Assembly: GCA_051294375.1 (NCBI GenBank)
Contig: CM119263.1
Coordinates: 13,532,414 to 13,596,413 of the forward strand
Direction: 5' to 3'
Origin: Paraspadella gotoi
Taxonomy: Eukaryota; Animalia; Chaetognatha
DNA: 64,000 nt
Shown here: piece by piece, positions 50,886 through 64,000 of the stretch
How the letters are laid out: each line of letters begins with the position of its first letter
Position numbering within the stretch: position 1 is the stretch's first letter
Notes under the pieces: generated by a model
Databases searched by the model: none
Told to the model about the DNA's origin: nothing
The model's input: the letters and a program-made list of their open reading frames with translations, nothing else
Translations under genes and position numbers: made by a program

Positions 50886-51779
50886 TTAGTAATATTACTA
50901 CTTCTACCTGTCATACTACCAATACCACTTTATTTTTACGCGTCCTCTCTTTCAGACTTGAAAACTGAGGCTTATCCTCATCGTTACATTCTCATATTTA
51001 GCTATATTATGAAATTGGTACAACCAATATAAAATTTATCCATTCAATTTAATAAATAAGCTATCTTGCCCTGACTTTGGACAGGCTTTGGTGGTTTAAG
51101 GCCTCCATCACTCTTACAAGATAATGACAATGCAGGTCCCTGCAAGTTTCAATCAGACTCTCTCACAGTCTCGTTTATTCACTCCCAGAGTACCTGGCTT
51201 CCTATCAATGAAGTGGTATAATATTTCAAAGAATGTTTCAATTGTATGAAAGACATCCCTATAGGTATTAGATCGGGGAATACTTATTGTACTCCGCACT
51301 AGATCAAAATACAAGGAGCTGAATTTTATGAAATTGGTACAACCAATATAAAAATTATCCATTCATTTAATAAATAAGCTATCGCTAAAATTAAAACTGG
51401 GCGCATGAAAAAAAATTGGTACTTGAAGGAAGCTCTATTTTTAAATTTGAATCATAATGGTAACGCAGAGATTAAGCAAAAGAGAATTAAAAGATTACAA
51501 AGAGAAGACATGACAAAAGTGTAGGATATATTTGTCCTCTGTAAACAAGCTCATCTAAAAATGTTCGAATCAAACATTCGAAAGCGAACGAAAATGATTT
51601 CGTGGTTTTCTCTTCTAACTCGACAATCCTCCTCGGAATTTCCAAAGCTGAATTTCCAAACTCGAGTCGTCAAATTGCAATTCCCCATGGAATCACTGCT
51701 GCTGATTCGTCCTTATCTGCGTCCATGAGAGCGAGAGACGGCATTAGGATTTGGAAGAGGGAAGCGGGAGAAGGGGTGG

Positions 51780-51827
<48 letters not shown>

Positions 51828-54309
51828 TGAGAGTGAGAGAGAAAGAGAAAGAGAGAGAGAAAGAGAGATAGAGTGAGAGAGAGAGATAGAGTTCTGCCTA
51901 CATTGATTCACATCGATTTCGAATAACGTATAGCCCTATCAGTCACAAGTCGGTAAATCTAACGGATAAGAATCGGTAATTTGTGATGGTGGTTGGGAGG
52001 AAGGGAGTGTGGTGTGATTGTCAAACGCCGGCGGCGTCGCCGCGTCGGACGGCGGTGGGTCCGGCAGCGTGGTCGTCGTCATCGCGCTGCCGCTGCTGCG
52101 GCCCCCGTCTCGGCGAATTTGTCCATTTTCGGTTGGCTCGACTTCTGACGTCGACGATCGTCGGTGAGTTCGTCAGTCTGTCCGTTACGGTCTCGGGTTT
52201 CGAGTCCCCTCATCGATCTTCTCTCTTCCTTCGACTTTTTCCCTCGATTTTTTTGCAGACCATTTTTTTTTTTTTTGAAATACGAATGTGCGAGAAATTT
52301 AATAGGGGTTAAGCAATAAAATCGGGAAGAAGACTCTTTCTCCCTATTCTTCGCATCATCAGAAAATTTATCCTCTCTCGTACTACTACTCTCTCTCTCT
52401 CCCTCGTATTTTTTTTTTCAATTCCCCTCAAATTCGATCGCGAAAATATTTCTTCGATCGTTTTTCTCGCCTTTAAGACACGAATTGCGGAAGAAAAAGT
52501 TTTTTTTTATTTTTTCGTTTTGAGATTAAATAACAATAAATGAAAAAGTAAACCTCAAAACTGAAAAACTTAAAAAAAAAATAAAAAGAAAAAAATATAA
52601 CACCCAAACCGTTCCCTTTGTTATTTCCTCCGCTCATCAAATTAGCAATCATCCCTCCAAAAAAATGCCCACCTACGGCGAAAGTCTAGGATCGTCGACG
52701 AAAAACTCGGCCGGGTTCCGATCGTCGTCCTAAGAGAGAGAATGAGATAGAGAGATAAAAAGACAAAGTCAAAGATAAAATTTGCTTTCCTTCATTTTTT
52801 TATATGTCAAAGAAGTTACAGGCAAAAAAGATTACTACCTAAAGTGAAAAATGGCGAAAAAATCATATAGTTTTCCACTATTCTTAGTATGAGTTATTTT
52901 TTTTAAATTGGGAATGCCAAAAGTCGCCGCACCTCTTTTTGGTTCATAAAGGTGCCATTGTAGCTCTCAGAAAAGTGGGAAAGACGTGTAACATTGGCGG
53001 TGGGGCTGAAAAGAATCGCGTTAAAGGTGTGAAAAATATCTTACCGTCATACCTCAATTCGCTGTACGAAGCATGCCCAACCAAAATATTGAGCCATATT
53101 TTACCTATGTTTTTATATATTTTTTATTTAATAAATAAACTTTTTAACAATTAAGTGATATAACTTTTTGGTTAGATGGTAAATGTTTAAATTACCACGG
53201 TGATTTTAATTTGACTTCGTAACTATTTAAGGATTTGCTTCAAATTTTGTTATTAAAAAACGAATTCGTTCATCAGATGCACGTTCTTTTAATTTAGATT
53301 GTGATTTTGGAAACAAATGAAACACCTCGCTGTAAATTTTCCGTCTTAATAAGATATGATATTTTACCGAGACGTAGAAAAAGGTATAAATATGTACTTT
53401 TTTCGTAGTTATAAGCTGGATCAAGGGTCGATTACGAAAAAAAAAATTGATAAAATAAACAGTAATTGGATCTTCCATGCCGTCGTAAAGTTAACTCAAA
53501 CTATTAATACTACTACTACGACTACTACTACTACTATACTACTAATACTACTACGACTACTATTATTAGTAATATTACTACTCTACCTCTCATACTACAA
53601 TACCACTTTATTTTTACGCGTCCTCTCTTTCAGACTTGAAAACTGAGGCTTATCCTCATCGTTACATTCTCATATTTAGCTATATTTATATTATTATATA
53701 TATTATTTTTTATATAATATATTAGATATAACTGTGATAATGATAAAGAATTTATGACTCAATTTTAGCCTAGATATGATATTGAAAAAACAATTATTTT
53801 GAGAATTAATTAGTAGTATACTTATTATAGCCAATTTAACAATAACCTCTTAAGATCATTCTGACTATGAGATATCATAACTTTCATCATTGCTAAAATA
53901 GTAAAAACTGCGCATAAAAAAAAATTGGTACTTGAAGGAAGCTCTATTTTTAAATTTGAATCATAATGGTAACGTAGAGATTAAGCAAAAGAGAATTAAA
54001 AGATTACAAAGAGAAGACATGACAAAAGTGTAGGATATATTTTGTCCTCTGTAAACAAGCTCATCTAAAAATGTTCGAATCAAACATTCGAAAGCGAACG
54101 AAAATGATTTCGTGGTTTTCTCTTCGAACTCGACAATCCTCCTCGGAATTTCCAAAGCTGAATTTCCAAACTCGAGTCGTCAAATTGCAATTCCCATGGA
54201 ATCACTGCTGCTGATTCGTCTTATCTGCGTCCATGAGAGCGAGAGACGGCATTAGGATTTGAAGAGGGAAGCGGGAGAAGGGGTGGAGAGGAGAGAGAGA
54301 AGAGAGAGA

Positions 54310-54344
<35 letters not shown>

Positions 54345-55346
54345 GAGAGAGAGAGAAAGAGAGAGAGAAAGAGAGATATAGAGTGAGAGAAGAGAGATAG
54401 AGTTCTGCCTACATTGATTCACATCGATTTCGAATAACGTATAGCCCTATCAGTCCACAAGTCGGTAAATCTAACGGATAAGAATCGGTAATTTGTGATG
54501 GTGGTTGGGAGGAAGGGAGTGTGGTGTGATTGGTCAAACGCCGGCGGCGTCGCCGCGTCGGACGGCGGTGGGTCCGGCAGCGTGGTCGTCGTCATCGCGC
54601 TGCCGCTGCTCGGCCCCCGTCTCGGCGAATTTGTCCATTTTCGGTTGGCTCGACTTTCTGACGTCGACGATCGTCGGTGAGTTCGTCAGTCTGTCCGTTA
54701 CGGTCTCGGGTTTCGAGTCCCCTCATCGATCTTCTCTCTTCCTTCGACTTTTCCCTCGATTTTTTTGCACACATTTTTTTTTTTTTTTAAAATTTCATTT
54801 TTTGAAATACGAATGTGCGAGAAATTTAATAGGGGTTAAGCAATAAATCGGAAAGAAGACTCTTTCTCCTCTATCTTCGACATCATCAGAAAATTTATCC
54901 TCTCTCGTACTATTCTCTCTCTCTCTCCCTCGTATTTTTTTTTTCAATTCCCTCAAATTCGATCGCGAAAATATTTCTTCGATCGTTTTTCTCGCCTTTA
55001 AGACACGAATTGCGGAAGAAAATCGGAAAAGTTTTTTTTTTTATTTTTCGTTTTGAGATTAAATAACAATAAATGAAAAAGTAAACCTCAAACTGAAAAA
55101 CTTAAAAAAATAAAAATAAAAAGAAAAAAGGATAACACCCAAACCGTTCCCTTTGTTATTTCCTCCGCTCAATAAATTAGCAATCATCCCTCCAAAAAAA
55201 TGCCCACCTACGGCGAAAGTCTAGGATCGTCGACGAAAAAATCGGCCGGGTTCCGATCGTCGTCCTAAGAGAGAGAATGAGANNNNNNNNNNNNNNNNNN
55301 NNNNNNNAGATAGAGAGATAAAAAGACAAAGTCAAAGATAAAATTT
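50117..55346 (+). repeat. Tandem duplication of about 2.6 kb (50117-52783 and 52784-55346) ending at a 25-N gap
   Basis: Near-identical copies including the (TAC)n tract, GA tract and CG-rich exon; they differ by small indels and one substituted block. Confidence 0.9.
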
Positions 55347-55368
55347 CAGAAAAAAAAACAAAAAAACT

Positions 55369-58300
55369 ATGCGAATTCGATGGGGAATGGCGCCGATTTC
55401 CGCCTTTTTGTCTCGCGCCGCCTTCCTCTTGATCATCGGCCTCGCCTCGCACGCCGTTCCGTCCCAGCGCGGACGCGCTCCCTTTCCACGCGGCCGCGTC
55501 CCAGGTCGCATCTCCGCCTTCGTCTACAGCGAGGACGACCGCATCTACGAGGAGCAGTCGTTACGCCTGACGGGTCCGTTCGTCAAGACGGAGTCTCCAT
55601 TCGGTGACGTGGTCCTCGTCCCCGTCGATCGTACCCTCGACCCGCGCGTCGTCAACGCCCTCTTGACTCGCTCGGCGCCGACTTCGCTCGTCTTCCGCGT
55701 TCCCAAAGAATGTTGTCCGCCCGATCGTCGCTGTTTCATTTTCCGTCGTCGCGACGTCGCAGTGGCGAAACGAAGCGCCGCCTCCGGTCGCCGTTTTTGT
55801 GGACTCGATCACGCTCTGGTCGCGTTGCCTTGGGAAGCGTTAACGAGAAGCGGCACCGCGAATTCTCGGCGGTGCGGCGACGTTCACGCCATCGTCGGGG
55901 TTGACGACATCGGATACGGCGTCGTCGGCGAGAGCTTCGACCTTCCGTTCGTCTCCTTTCGTGCGTCCGGATCCGCATCATCGTTCTACCGCTTGTCTTA
56001 TGTGATTCCCACTAAACTGGCGGACCTCCGCGTCGGACGCCGCATCGTCGTCGATCGCGACGGATGGTGGATCCCGGGCGTCATCGTCACAGCCGCCAGT
56101 CGCTCCGTTACCGCCCCCACCAGAGGTCGTCTCCTCGAAGATCCCAAACTCTCGATCAAACTCGACCCCGACGGCCTCAACTACGTCCACAAAGTCTACA
56201 ATCTAACGCAGATTCGCCTCTTCGAGCCTCTTCGACCCGAGCTGCGTTGCTCTTCCCGCCGTTTGAACGATGCCATCGTCGCCGCTAGATTCCCCAGCCT
56301 CAGCCCAGCCCAAGCCTCGATTCCTCGTCGGGATCGAAATTCGACCTTCAGCCGCAAAAACCAAATCCTTTCTGGGATTAATCGAAACGAAAGTTGGGTG
56401 GCGCAGAGCGACGGAGAAATCCTCGATAAGCCCCGGCTCATCGGCCTCAGCGACCCGGGTCTCGGAGGCCGCGGTTCCCACCGAGGTCATTTCTCAACAA
56501 CGAAAGCCAATCACGAGCGGATCGTGGGCGGCCGCGTGGATCGAAGGGATGGGAAACGTGGCCAGGGTGGGTCGCTTGGAAACGCCCAGTCTGGAGACAC
56601 CAACCACCGCGTAACCGTCATCCTCTTAAGTTGCGCCGCCGTCGCCGTCGCCCTCACCATACTAGTCGGGACCGGGGTAAATCAACTCCGACACCAAAGA
56701 CATTCCTTCGACTCGAAGAAGGCGGCCGACGTAGAGAACGAAGACGCCTCTGGAGAATTCGTATTCAACCCCCAGGCGGCGGGGGAAACTTTATACGATT
56801 CGAAAGCGAGAAGAATCCCCGGAGACGACGACGAACAGAGATCGAAATTAAAAAAACTCGATCGATTAAAATCGCCGAAAATATCTTGGACTAATTCGTC
56901 CTCTTATCTTCGCGTCGACAGCGGATTTGGGACGGGCGAGCCTCACGCCAGAGCTTATCCGGATCTCTTGCCAGATTACGCTTCTATTCGCGGTGAGGCT
57001 TTTCGTTTGTAGAAAATATTTTCTTTAATTTTAAAGTCATATTTCCCCGCATTAATTTTTTGGCAGCAAACGTAGACTTTGATACGTCGATTCCGGTTCC
57101 TTCCCCTCCCTCAAGCCAATCCCACAACTGTTTTTTTTTCCTTTTTTTTGGAGCCTTACGTTTCAAGAAATAACCCAAATAATTTATCTGTTTTTCCAAC
57201 ACCGCCGTGACTGAGATAACGAGCGTTCGTTCGTGACAGAGTCCGTTATTTTCGAGTGCGTGACAGAGATAACGGGGATCGCCGACGCGAGGCGCGACAG
57301 TTATTTTATTTTTATCCCTGAGAGTCATCTAAGGAACAGAGGAAAAATATTCTCGAGGACCGATCCTTCCTATTTTTTTCAACCAAAGTTTATTTACTTT
57401 TCTTTTTTGCCCAATTTGGTTCTTCGGAAAAGAGTAAGAGACTAGGGTGGGAGGAATCACATAAAAAGCTCCCAGTAACCCGAGAAGAACAAACATTTCG
57501 CTCGGCAACATTAACTTCCCCGAGAAGTTTTTTTTTTTTTTTCTTTGGATGATGATTCTTCATCCCGACCTTTGGCCCCAAACCATGGGAACCCCCGCGA
57601 TGCCCCAGTCTTGACCCCAAATAGGCGGAAAATAGATTCGGGTCCCGCGAGATCGCAGAATTAACCGGAAAAGTGACCCCGAGGGCCGCCCGACCAGAAA
57701 ATGTCAAAAATATTTTTTTATATTCATACGGGCTTTCGATGGCGATAATCCCGACGAAAGCTGCAGGCCCAACGACGATATCGAATCGAGGGTTGAAGGG
57801 AAAACATTCCGCTTGCGATCTCTTCAAATAATTCGAGTCTATTTGGCGGCAAATTTTGAAATTACTCAAACGTCATCGTGTCAAAAATCTGTGCTCGTTA
57901 CTCACTTTTTCGTACTATCGAAATGGGTCAATTTTTTTCGCGAAATCGTAAATCAAAAAGGGGTAAGACCGTAAAGAGAAGTGGGATACGATAAGATAAG
58001 GAAAAAATAAACAAGAACGTTCACCTACTTAATCCGAATAACAATGCACTTATTTAAAATTGTTATAAACACGATTGTTATCTCATCTAATCTCGTAATT
58101 CTTCACTTCCCACTCTCCCCCTCCCCTTTTTATCCCCTCCCATCTACCCCCCCTGTCTCCTCCCTTTTCCCATCCCCTCGCATCCCTCCTTACCCTCCCG
58201 TCATTCGCAGACTACGACAACCACGCGGAGGCGAATAAATCATCGGCGGAGACGTCGCAGCAGCGGCCGTCTGGCGAAGACGAGGATGCGCAAGAAGACG

Positions 58301-59126
58301 ACTACGCCGAGGTCTACGACCGCGTCTCTCCCCCTCCGTCGTCGTCGTCGTCGTCATTTTCGTCGGCGGCGATGCATCCCCCTAATCTCAAACATCACTC
58401 ACTTCAAAAGAATTCTCCAGAGATCGCTGACCGCGTCTGCGATCCTTCGACGCAATCTCCTTCTTCTCACAGTTACGAAACACAACAAGAGGGAAGACTA
58501 CGACGAGATCAACTACAACGACAACCCCATCGTCGAAAACAACAACCTCTGTTGTCGCCCAAAAACTTCATCGCCGGCCCTCACTTTCGATTCTCCACTA
58601 AATCCTTTAAATCTCACCGCGAATCCGACGTGGATTTCGACAATCTCTTCTCCTTGTCCCGGCAAGGCGATTCTCACGCTCCCTGCTACTGCGGCAAGTC
58701 CCTGCACCGCAGTCAGACTCTGCCGCACAGGGAGCAACACCTTACCGTAAACGCCGTCGTCAAGGTGACGGGCGATTGAGAAAAAAAAAGTTAAAAGGGA
58801 GGGGGGAATGGCTGAATCCCCTTTATCCTTTGTCCCTCCGCCTGCATTTTCCCGGGGGTGTGAAGCACGATAATCAATCGAAATCACTCTCGCTGTCTTC
58901 GTAATCGGGTACGAAAAGGATTTTTATTTTCTTTTATATGTACCTACTTTCGGACGGAGAAAACGGGAAGACGGAGATCCAACTAACAACGAAAAGGGGG
59001 AGAGAGCGAGATAGAGAGCGCGATAGGGAGAGAGAAAAAGAAAGAAAGAGAGACGGCCAGCCAAGTGTCTGGTTAGATTTTTACAAGGCCCCCAGGGGCC
59101 CAGGGTCAACATCACGTGATTTAACG

Positions 59127-59201
<75 letters not shown>

Positions 59202-59353
59202 GGCATTTAAAATCATTCAGTTACGTTTTCTTTTCTTGTTTTTGGTCGATCGCATGAATGCATGATTTAACATTACAGATCCTGATACCCCAAGCGATCA
59301 CGACGGTCAACTTGTTTTTTTAACATCCCGATCTCTCTCTCTCTCTCTCTCTC

Positions 59354-59418
<65 letters not shown>

Positions 59419-59900
59419 TTTTTTCTCTTTCCCTCCAATCTCAGACGCGGGAACAGAAGAGCCAAACCGTTGGACCAATCCATGCGTGCAGAAGAAACCT
59501 TTGCGGTCCAAGATCGATTCGAGTTTGGGAGCTTCAACCGCCTCCAAACGACGCCGGGGTCGCCATCGCGCCGCTTCCCGCAGCCGCAGCGCCATCTCCC
59601 ACTGGTTGCGGCGGAAGCGCAGAAACAATACCCGTCTACGCCGTGGTTCGCAAGAAAAGGGGCCGGGTTGACAGAGCCCCGCCTCTCATGAAAGATCGCG
59701 ATCGGGACCCGATCGAAAACGAGGCAACCGTACGGAAGGACCGAGCCCCGATCGAGCATGAGTCAGTCGCCGACGTGAAGAACGAGACGGGGAGGAGGAA
59801 GTTCGAGGACGACCTCAAAAATCGCAGGGATTATGAGGACGACGACGACGACGACGACGACAACAATGACGACATTGTCCCCACGAGGAAGACGGAATGA
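55369..59900 (+). CDS. Orphan type I transmembrane protein, 877 aa
   Basis: Exons 55369-56992, 58211-58764, 59445-59900 join in frame; signal peptide (FLSRAAFLLIIGLASHA), TM (VTVILLSCAAVAVALTILVGTGV), long low-complexity tail with Tyr motifs; probable 5' UTR exon ending near 54676 spliced to 55350. Confidence 0.8.
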
Positions 59901-59989
59901 ATGCCTCTCTCCCACCACAATCCCATTAGTTCTCAGGTGGGAGAGAGATGGCAGGAAGTCAACATCGACTTCTCTTGAAATATTCTTCT

Positions 59990-60086
<97 letters not shown>

Positions 60087-60487
60087 CCACAAACCAAAAA
60101 AGAAAAGGGGAAATCGCTAATCTTCAAGTGGAAGAATAAGTGAAGCCGAAATTATCGGTCATCTTGTAAAACAATTGAATTCCCACGATGCGCATTTTGA
60201 TGGCAACAATCCTGTGAGGACGGACAAAAGAACAATTTTCCCGAAATTTTTATCTGTTAGACCCTGAATCAATTTTTTTTTCTTATTCACCAAAAAGATG
60301 ATTACCATTTGTAACTTTAATACTGCTTTAACATAGAAACTTTATCGAATTCGCTTACTAAAATTGTCATATTTGTACGATGCAAAATTGTTCAAACGAT
60401 TTCATTACGCCATTATCAAAACTTTGTGTACTGTGTTGAAACAGAGCATCTCTGCTGGTCCATTGTGTTTCGTTATTTATTACATTT

Positions 60488-60528
<41 letters not shown>

Positions 60529-62424
60529 CGTTACCTGACGTCTATTAGCGAAAATAAATGAGGGATTTCTCTCGCTCTCGTTCTTTTTTCTCCTCGTCAA
60601 ACGTGTCATAATTTTCGGTAAGGGTCAGACATCCTTTGTGTCTCGTTCTCTCTCTCGGTCGCGTTATTCATTATCATAAAAACCCCTCAGCCCGTCTCTC
60701 TCTCTCGATCCGACCAGCCTGGGAGACTTTTTTTTACGGGTAACCGGATGCACGCATGCGTGGCGGCGTCTCGGTGACTGTTGTGAATATTTATCAGCTG
60801 TTTGACCTCGCCTCATTCGCGTCACACGATCGCTTCACCCTCGTAATCGTTGTTGTTGTTGTTCTTTTTTTTGTTGCGGGGCGGGAGGTAGGAAATCTTA
60901 ACGTCATTTACATTACACCGACATTCGGGCTAGTTTAATAATCTTATTCTTTTAAATAAGTTTTATTGCCTAATTGAATTATTATTATTATTATTATTCG
61001 GTGAACAGAAAAATTTGAAAGTCTCTGATAATAGGTTTGTTTTCATTACGTATTATATAAATAATTATGGTAGGCGACGTATTGTATCGAGTCAGTATGT
61101 TTGTAATAATTCTCGCTTCCTTTTTGTACACCAATCATAGCTATTTTTAGTAATTGGTCTCAAAGACGCGGCCAGGAACCCGTAGTCTACGTAGATCCGC
61201 ATCGTCAGCGCTCCGCCCTGTCATCTGAGCTGCAGGATTTCGGTGGATGCAGGCTCGTCGTCACCACCACCGTTGTCGTCGTTGTTGTGTCGGTCTTCGT
61301 CGTTAAGAATGTCGTTATTTTAACGGTCGTAGAGGCTATAAAGCCTGACGACGAAGCATTTGACCAAAGAATTATGAAAGAATATTACTTCGCTTATTTT
61401 GAAAAATCTTTGTCAGAAATGATTATTAATGTTATGTTATGTTATGTTATCGAGGACTTGCTATATAAAGGATAAACTAAGCAGTTGGTTACAGTAATAT
61501 CTTTATTATAATTAGTTATTATTATTATTCTGTAATAATTAGTATTAGACGAAATTTATATTTTGTTAACAGACAACGAATGTGTTTTTATTTTCAAGGA
61601 GAAAATCGTACATGTAATATGTTAGCTTTCATCAGCGCTCGTAAATCAAAAATTACGATTTTAATTAAGCGATAACAAGGGCGAGAGCCTGTAACTAAAC
61701 TTTAGTCTAAAGTGTAAATAAAAAGATTTTGTCAAGTAGTCGGTCGGCGGTAGAGCAAAGAGCAAACAAAAGGACATCATAGTCGAGTATGATCATTTAT
61801 TATTAATTGTCTCGTACTGCTCACTTAATGTAACGTACATGTTATCGACATTAAACTTAATAAAACGTTTTTGCTATTTAGTCGCTTTATTTTAAAGGAA
61901 ATATATTTTAGAAGAAAAAAAATTCTAGAAAAAAATTCATTTATTCTTCGTTCATTCTTCAATCAATACCGTTAATTACTCGAGTCAATCACTCGCCAGT
62001 TCGACTCTCTCCAACCCACCAGGGTGGGCCGATCCCCTAAATATAAGAGAGACCCGCGCCAGCAGAAAAAAAAAATTTAATTAATCCCGACGCGGAAGCT
62101 GTTTTCCGACTGGTGACTACCGAAACTGTACAATACCCCGATGAACCAGTTTTCCACTTTCCTACTTTGCATTTTTTCCGGTTTTTCTTCCCTTTTTAAA
62201 ACACAACCGACGAATTCAAAAAAGGTTCTGTCTTACCGAGTTCTCCTTTGGATTAAATTTTAGAGAAGGAGAGAGAATTTTTTCTTTCGCAGTGTTTTAG
62301 ATCAGGTGTCCCGACTGGTCAGTTCGACGAAGGGGGGCGATTCCCCGTCTTCCTATTTCTCCGGCGCTGGAATATCGGCGCTCGGCCCCCGCGGCGTCGC
62401 TTCTCGGCGTCGTTCGTCGCCACG

Positions 62425-63666
62425 ATGCTCGTCAATGTCCGGGTCCTTCGTATTTTCGCGATCCTCATCTCTTTCCTTCGATCCTTCGCTCGATCGGAGA
62501 CGATGTTGTGGCCGGAGGACGCGACGCACGTCCTCGTGAAAGACGAATCCTCGGGTGAGTGGAAGCGATAATACGGATTTAAAAAAATTGAAGAATTAGA
62601 GTGTCAACGGAGTAAAATATATAAAATACAGGGAGGTCCAGCTATTTTCGGAAAAAGTTTATGTACTTACAGCTCGAGAGATGGGGGAAAAAAAAACCAT
62701 ACTCTTTCGTTCAATACCCAATTTGACCAAAAAATCGTCCCGTCACTGTCTTAATTTACTCCTTTTGCGTGACATGTTAAATTTTTTTCGCGCCCTTAAC
62801 AAAATTGGAGAATTTATTCAGTTCTCCTGACTGTGAACCCCTAGCCTTTGAGGAATGGGAGGTGCTCAAGCCAGAAGTCAAACGCGTCTCCTTCATAACA
62901 TAACCGTCCACTTTCTGAAAGCGGCCATAGACATAGTGGTAGGAATCGAGGCTTTTCTACCAGGCAGTAGCTTGCTTAGCCTTTTATGGGTGCTTGCAAA
63001 AGGTTTTTGTCCTTATAAATTTTTGCACTTGAACAAATTCATCTTCAATTACAGTCATATTTACCAATCCAAATGAATTGTTTAATATTTTCCTAAAAGA
63101 GCTGGACCTCCCTGTATAAAATTGGAGGTATTCCTTGACAACGAAATCGGGAAGCGTCTCTATTTACTTACTCAACTTAACATAATTTTACTAAATCAGT
63201 AAATATAAATTACGGCAACCTTATGCCGGAACCACTTTTCCGATCAATGATAAATTTCTGAAAATAATTTCTCCTGGTTTTTGAGTTGGTATAACAGAGT
63301 GGCCAACTGGGATCAAAGCCATAGCGACGAAAACGTCGTCGCCACAATAGATAAATTTTCAAGTTTTTTAATCGACTTTTAACGTCGAATTTAGAAATTA
63401 TGCATCTTTCACAATTCACAATTCACCTTATCTTTTCGTAACTTACTCTTTAGATTCTCCAATTTTTCGCGAATGGCGAGAGGCTAGACTCACCCGCTAC
63501 CTTTACAAGGTGCGTGATAGACGCGGTTCCAAATTCCGACACGTCTTCCTCCGTAGAGACAGACTCTACAAGGACGAGCAGATCCCCGTGACTTCACTCC
63601 CGATGGGGGAAAGGGTTCTTGTCAAAGTTTTGGTCAATGCACCTGGGAAGATTATCAATTTAGCCA
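62425..63666 (+). CDS. 5' part of a secreted or membrane protein, continuing beyond the window
   Basis: Exon 62425-62554 (MLVNVRVLRIFAILISFLRSFARS, signal peptide) splices in phase 1 to 63454-63666 (DSPIFREWREARLTRYLY..SLPMGERVLVKVLVNAPGKIINLA) ending in gtgagt. Confidence 0.7.
62629..63114 (+). mobile_element. Internally deleted Tc1/mariner transposon, 486 bp, intronic
   Basis: Perfect TIRs CAGGGAGGTCCAGCT and AGCTGGACCTCCCTG with flanking TA; transposase remnant SSPDCEPLAFEEWEVLKPEV..LKAAI from about 62820 (SPDxNPLD motif, catalytic residue lost). Confidence 0.85.
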
Positions 63667-64000
63667 GTGAGTATTTTGGGGGTGGAGGGATCAAGTCCCT
63701 GTTTTATGTTTGTTTGTTTTTTATCGTCGGATGTCATACAAATTTTTACATAATTTAAAAAATTGTAATTTTATCATTGTTTACACTTCATTTTACCAAG
63801 TAACAGATCATTTTACGTAATTTAAAATATTGTTCGAAGTATATATGACGCAAAAATTTTAAAAAAGAGCTTGTTACGGTGATACCCTTTGCGTCGAAGT
63901 CATGTTTCTGAATCTGTTACGAAAAAACGTTAAGAAATTCATACCGTAATTGGGATTTAATGTTTCTGTAACAAACTTTTCTGTAAAAAGCATTTATTAC

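Noticed and set aside
52325-52365. Other CTGATGA motifs (6066-, 50611-, 52355-, 54880-, 61629-) as hammerheads
   Set aside because: No paired stem II followed by GAAA and stem III

Overview
AT-rich, intron-containing genomic DNA from an invertebrate metazoan (GT-AG introns of about 60-130 bp, CG-rich exons, GA microsatellites, TTAGGG-like tracts); not prokaryotic. Manual splicing gives nine protein-coding loci: a type II C-type lectin (4794/4914-5912,+); rhotekin (7873-14621,-, 12 exons) with the pseudophosphatase STYXL1 (11802-13483,+) nested antisense in its first intron; an orphan secreted protein with a furin-type site (21540-23041,+); ADF/cofilin (28490-29150,+, frameshifted in this sequence); an LRRC74-like LRR protein (39867-46053,+); a SUEL/rhamnose-lectin single-pass membrane protein (47076-49857,+); an orphan 877-aa type I receptor with a Tudor-like ectodomain module and a tyrosine-rich tail (55369-59900,+); and a probable distant paralog of it starting at 62425. 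Repeats include a 1.7-kb interstitial telomere-variant satellite, a Gypsy integrase/PPT/LTR remnant, several TA-flanked Tc1/mariner-type non-autonomous elements, a tRNA-Arg(CCT)-derived SINE-like element and a Penelope-type minimal hammerhead ribozyme. The large inverted (33.4-41.9 kb) and tandem (50.1-55.3 kb) duplications sit next to 25-N gaps, are indel-rich, and are most likely gap-filling or haplotype artefacts. All homology calls come from motif recognition, not database searches.
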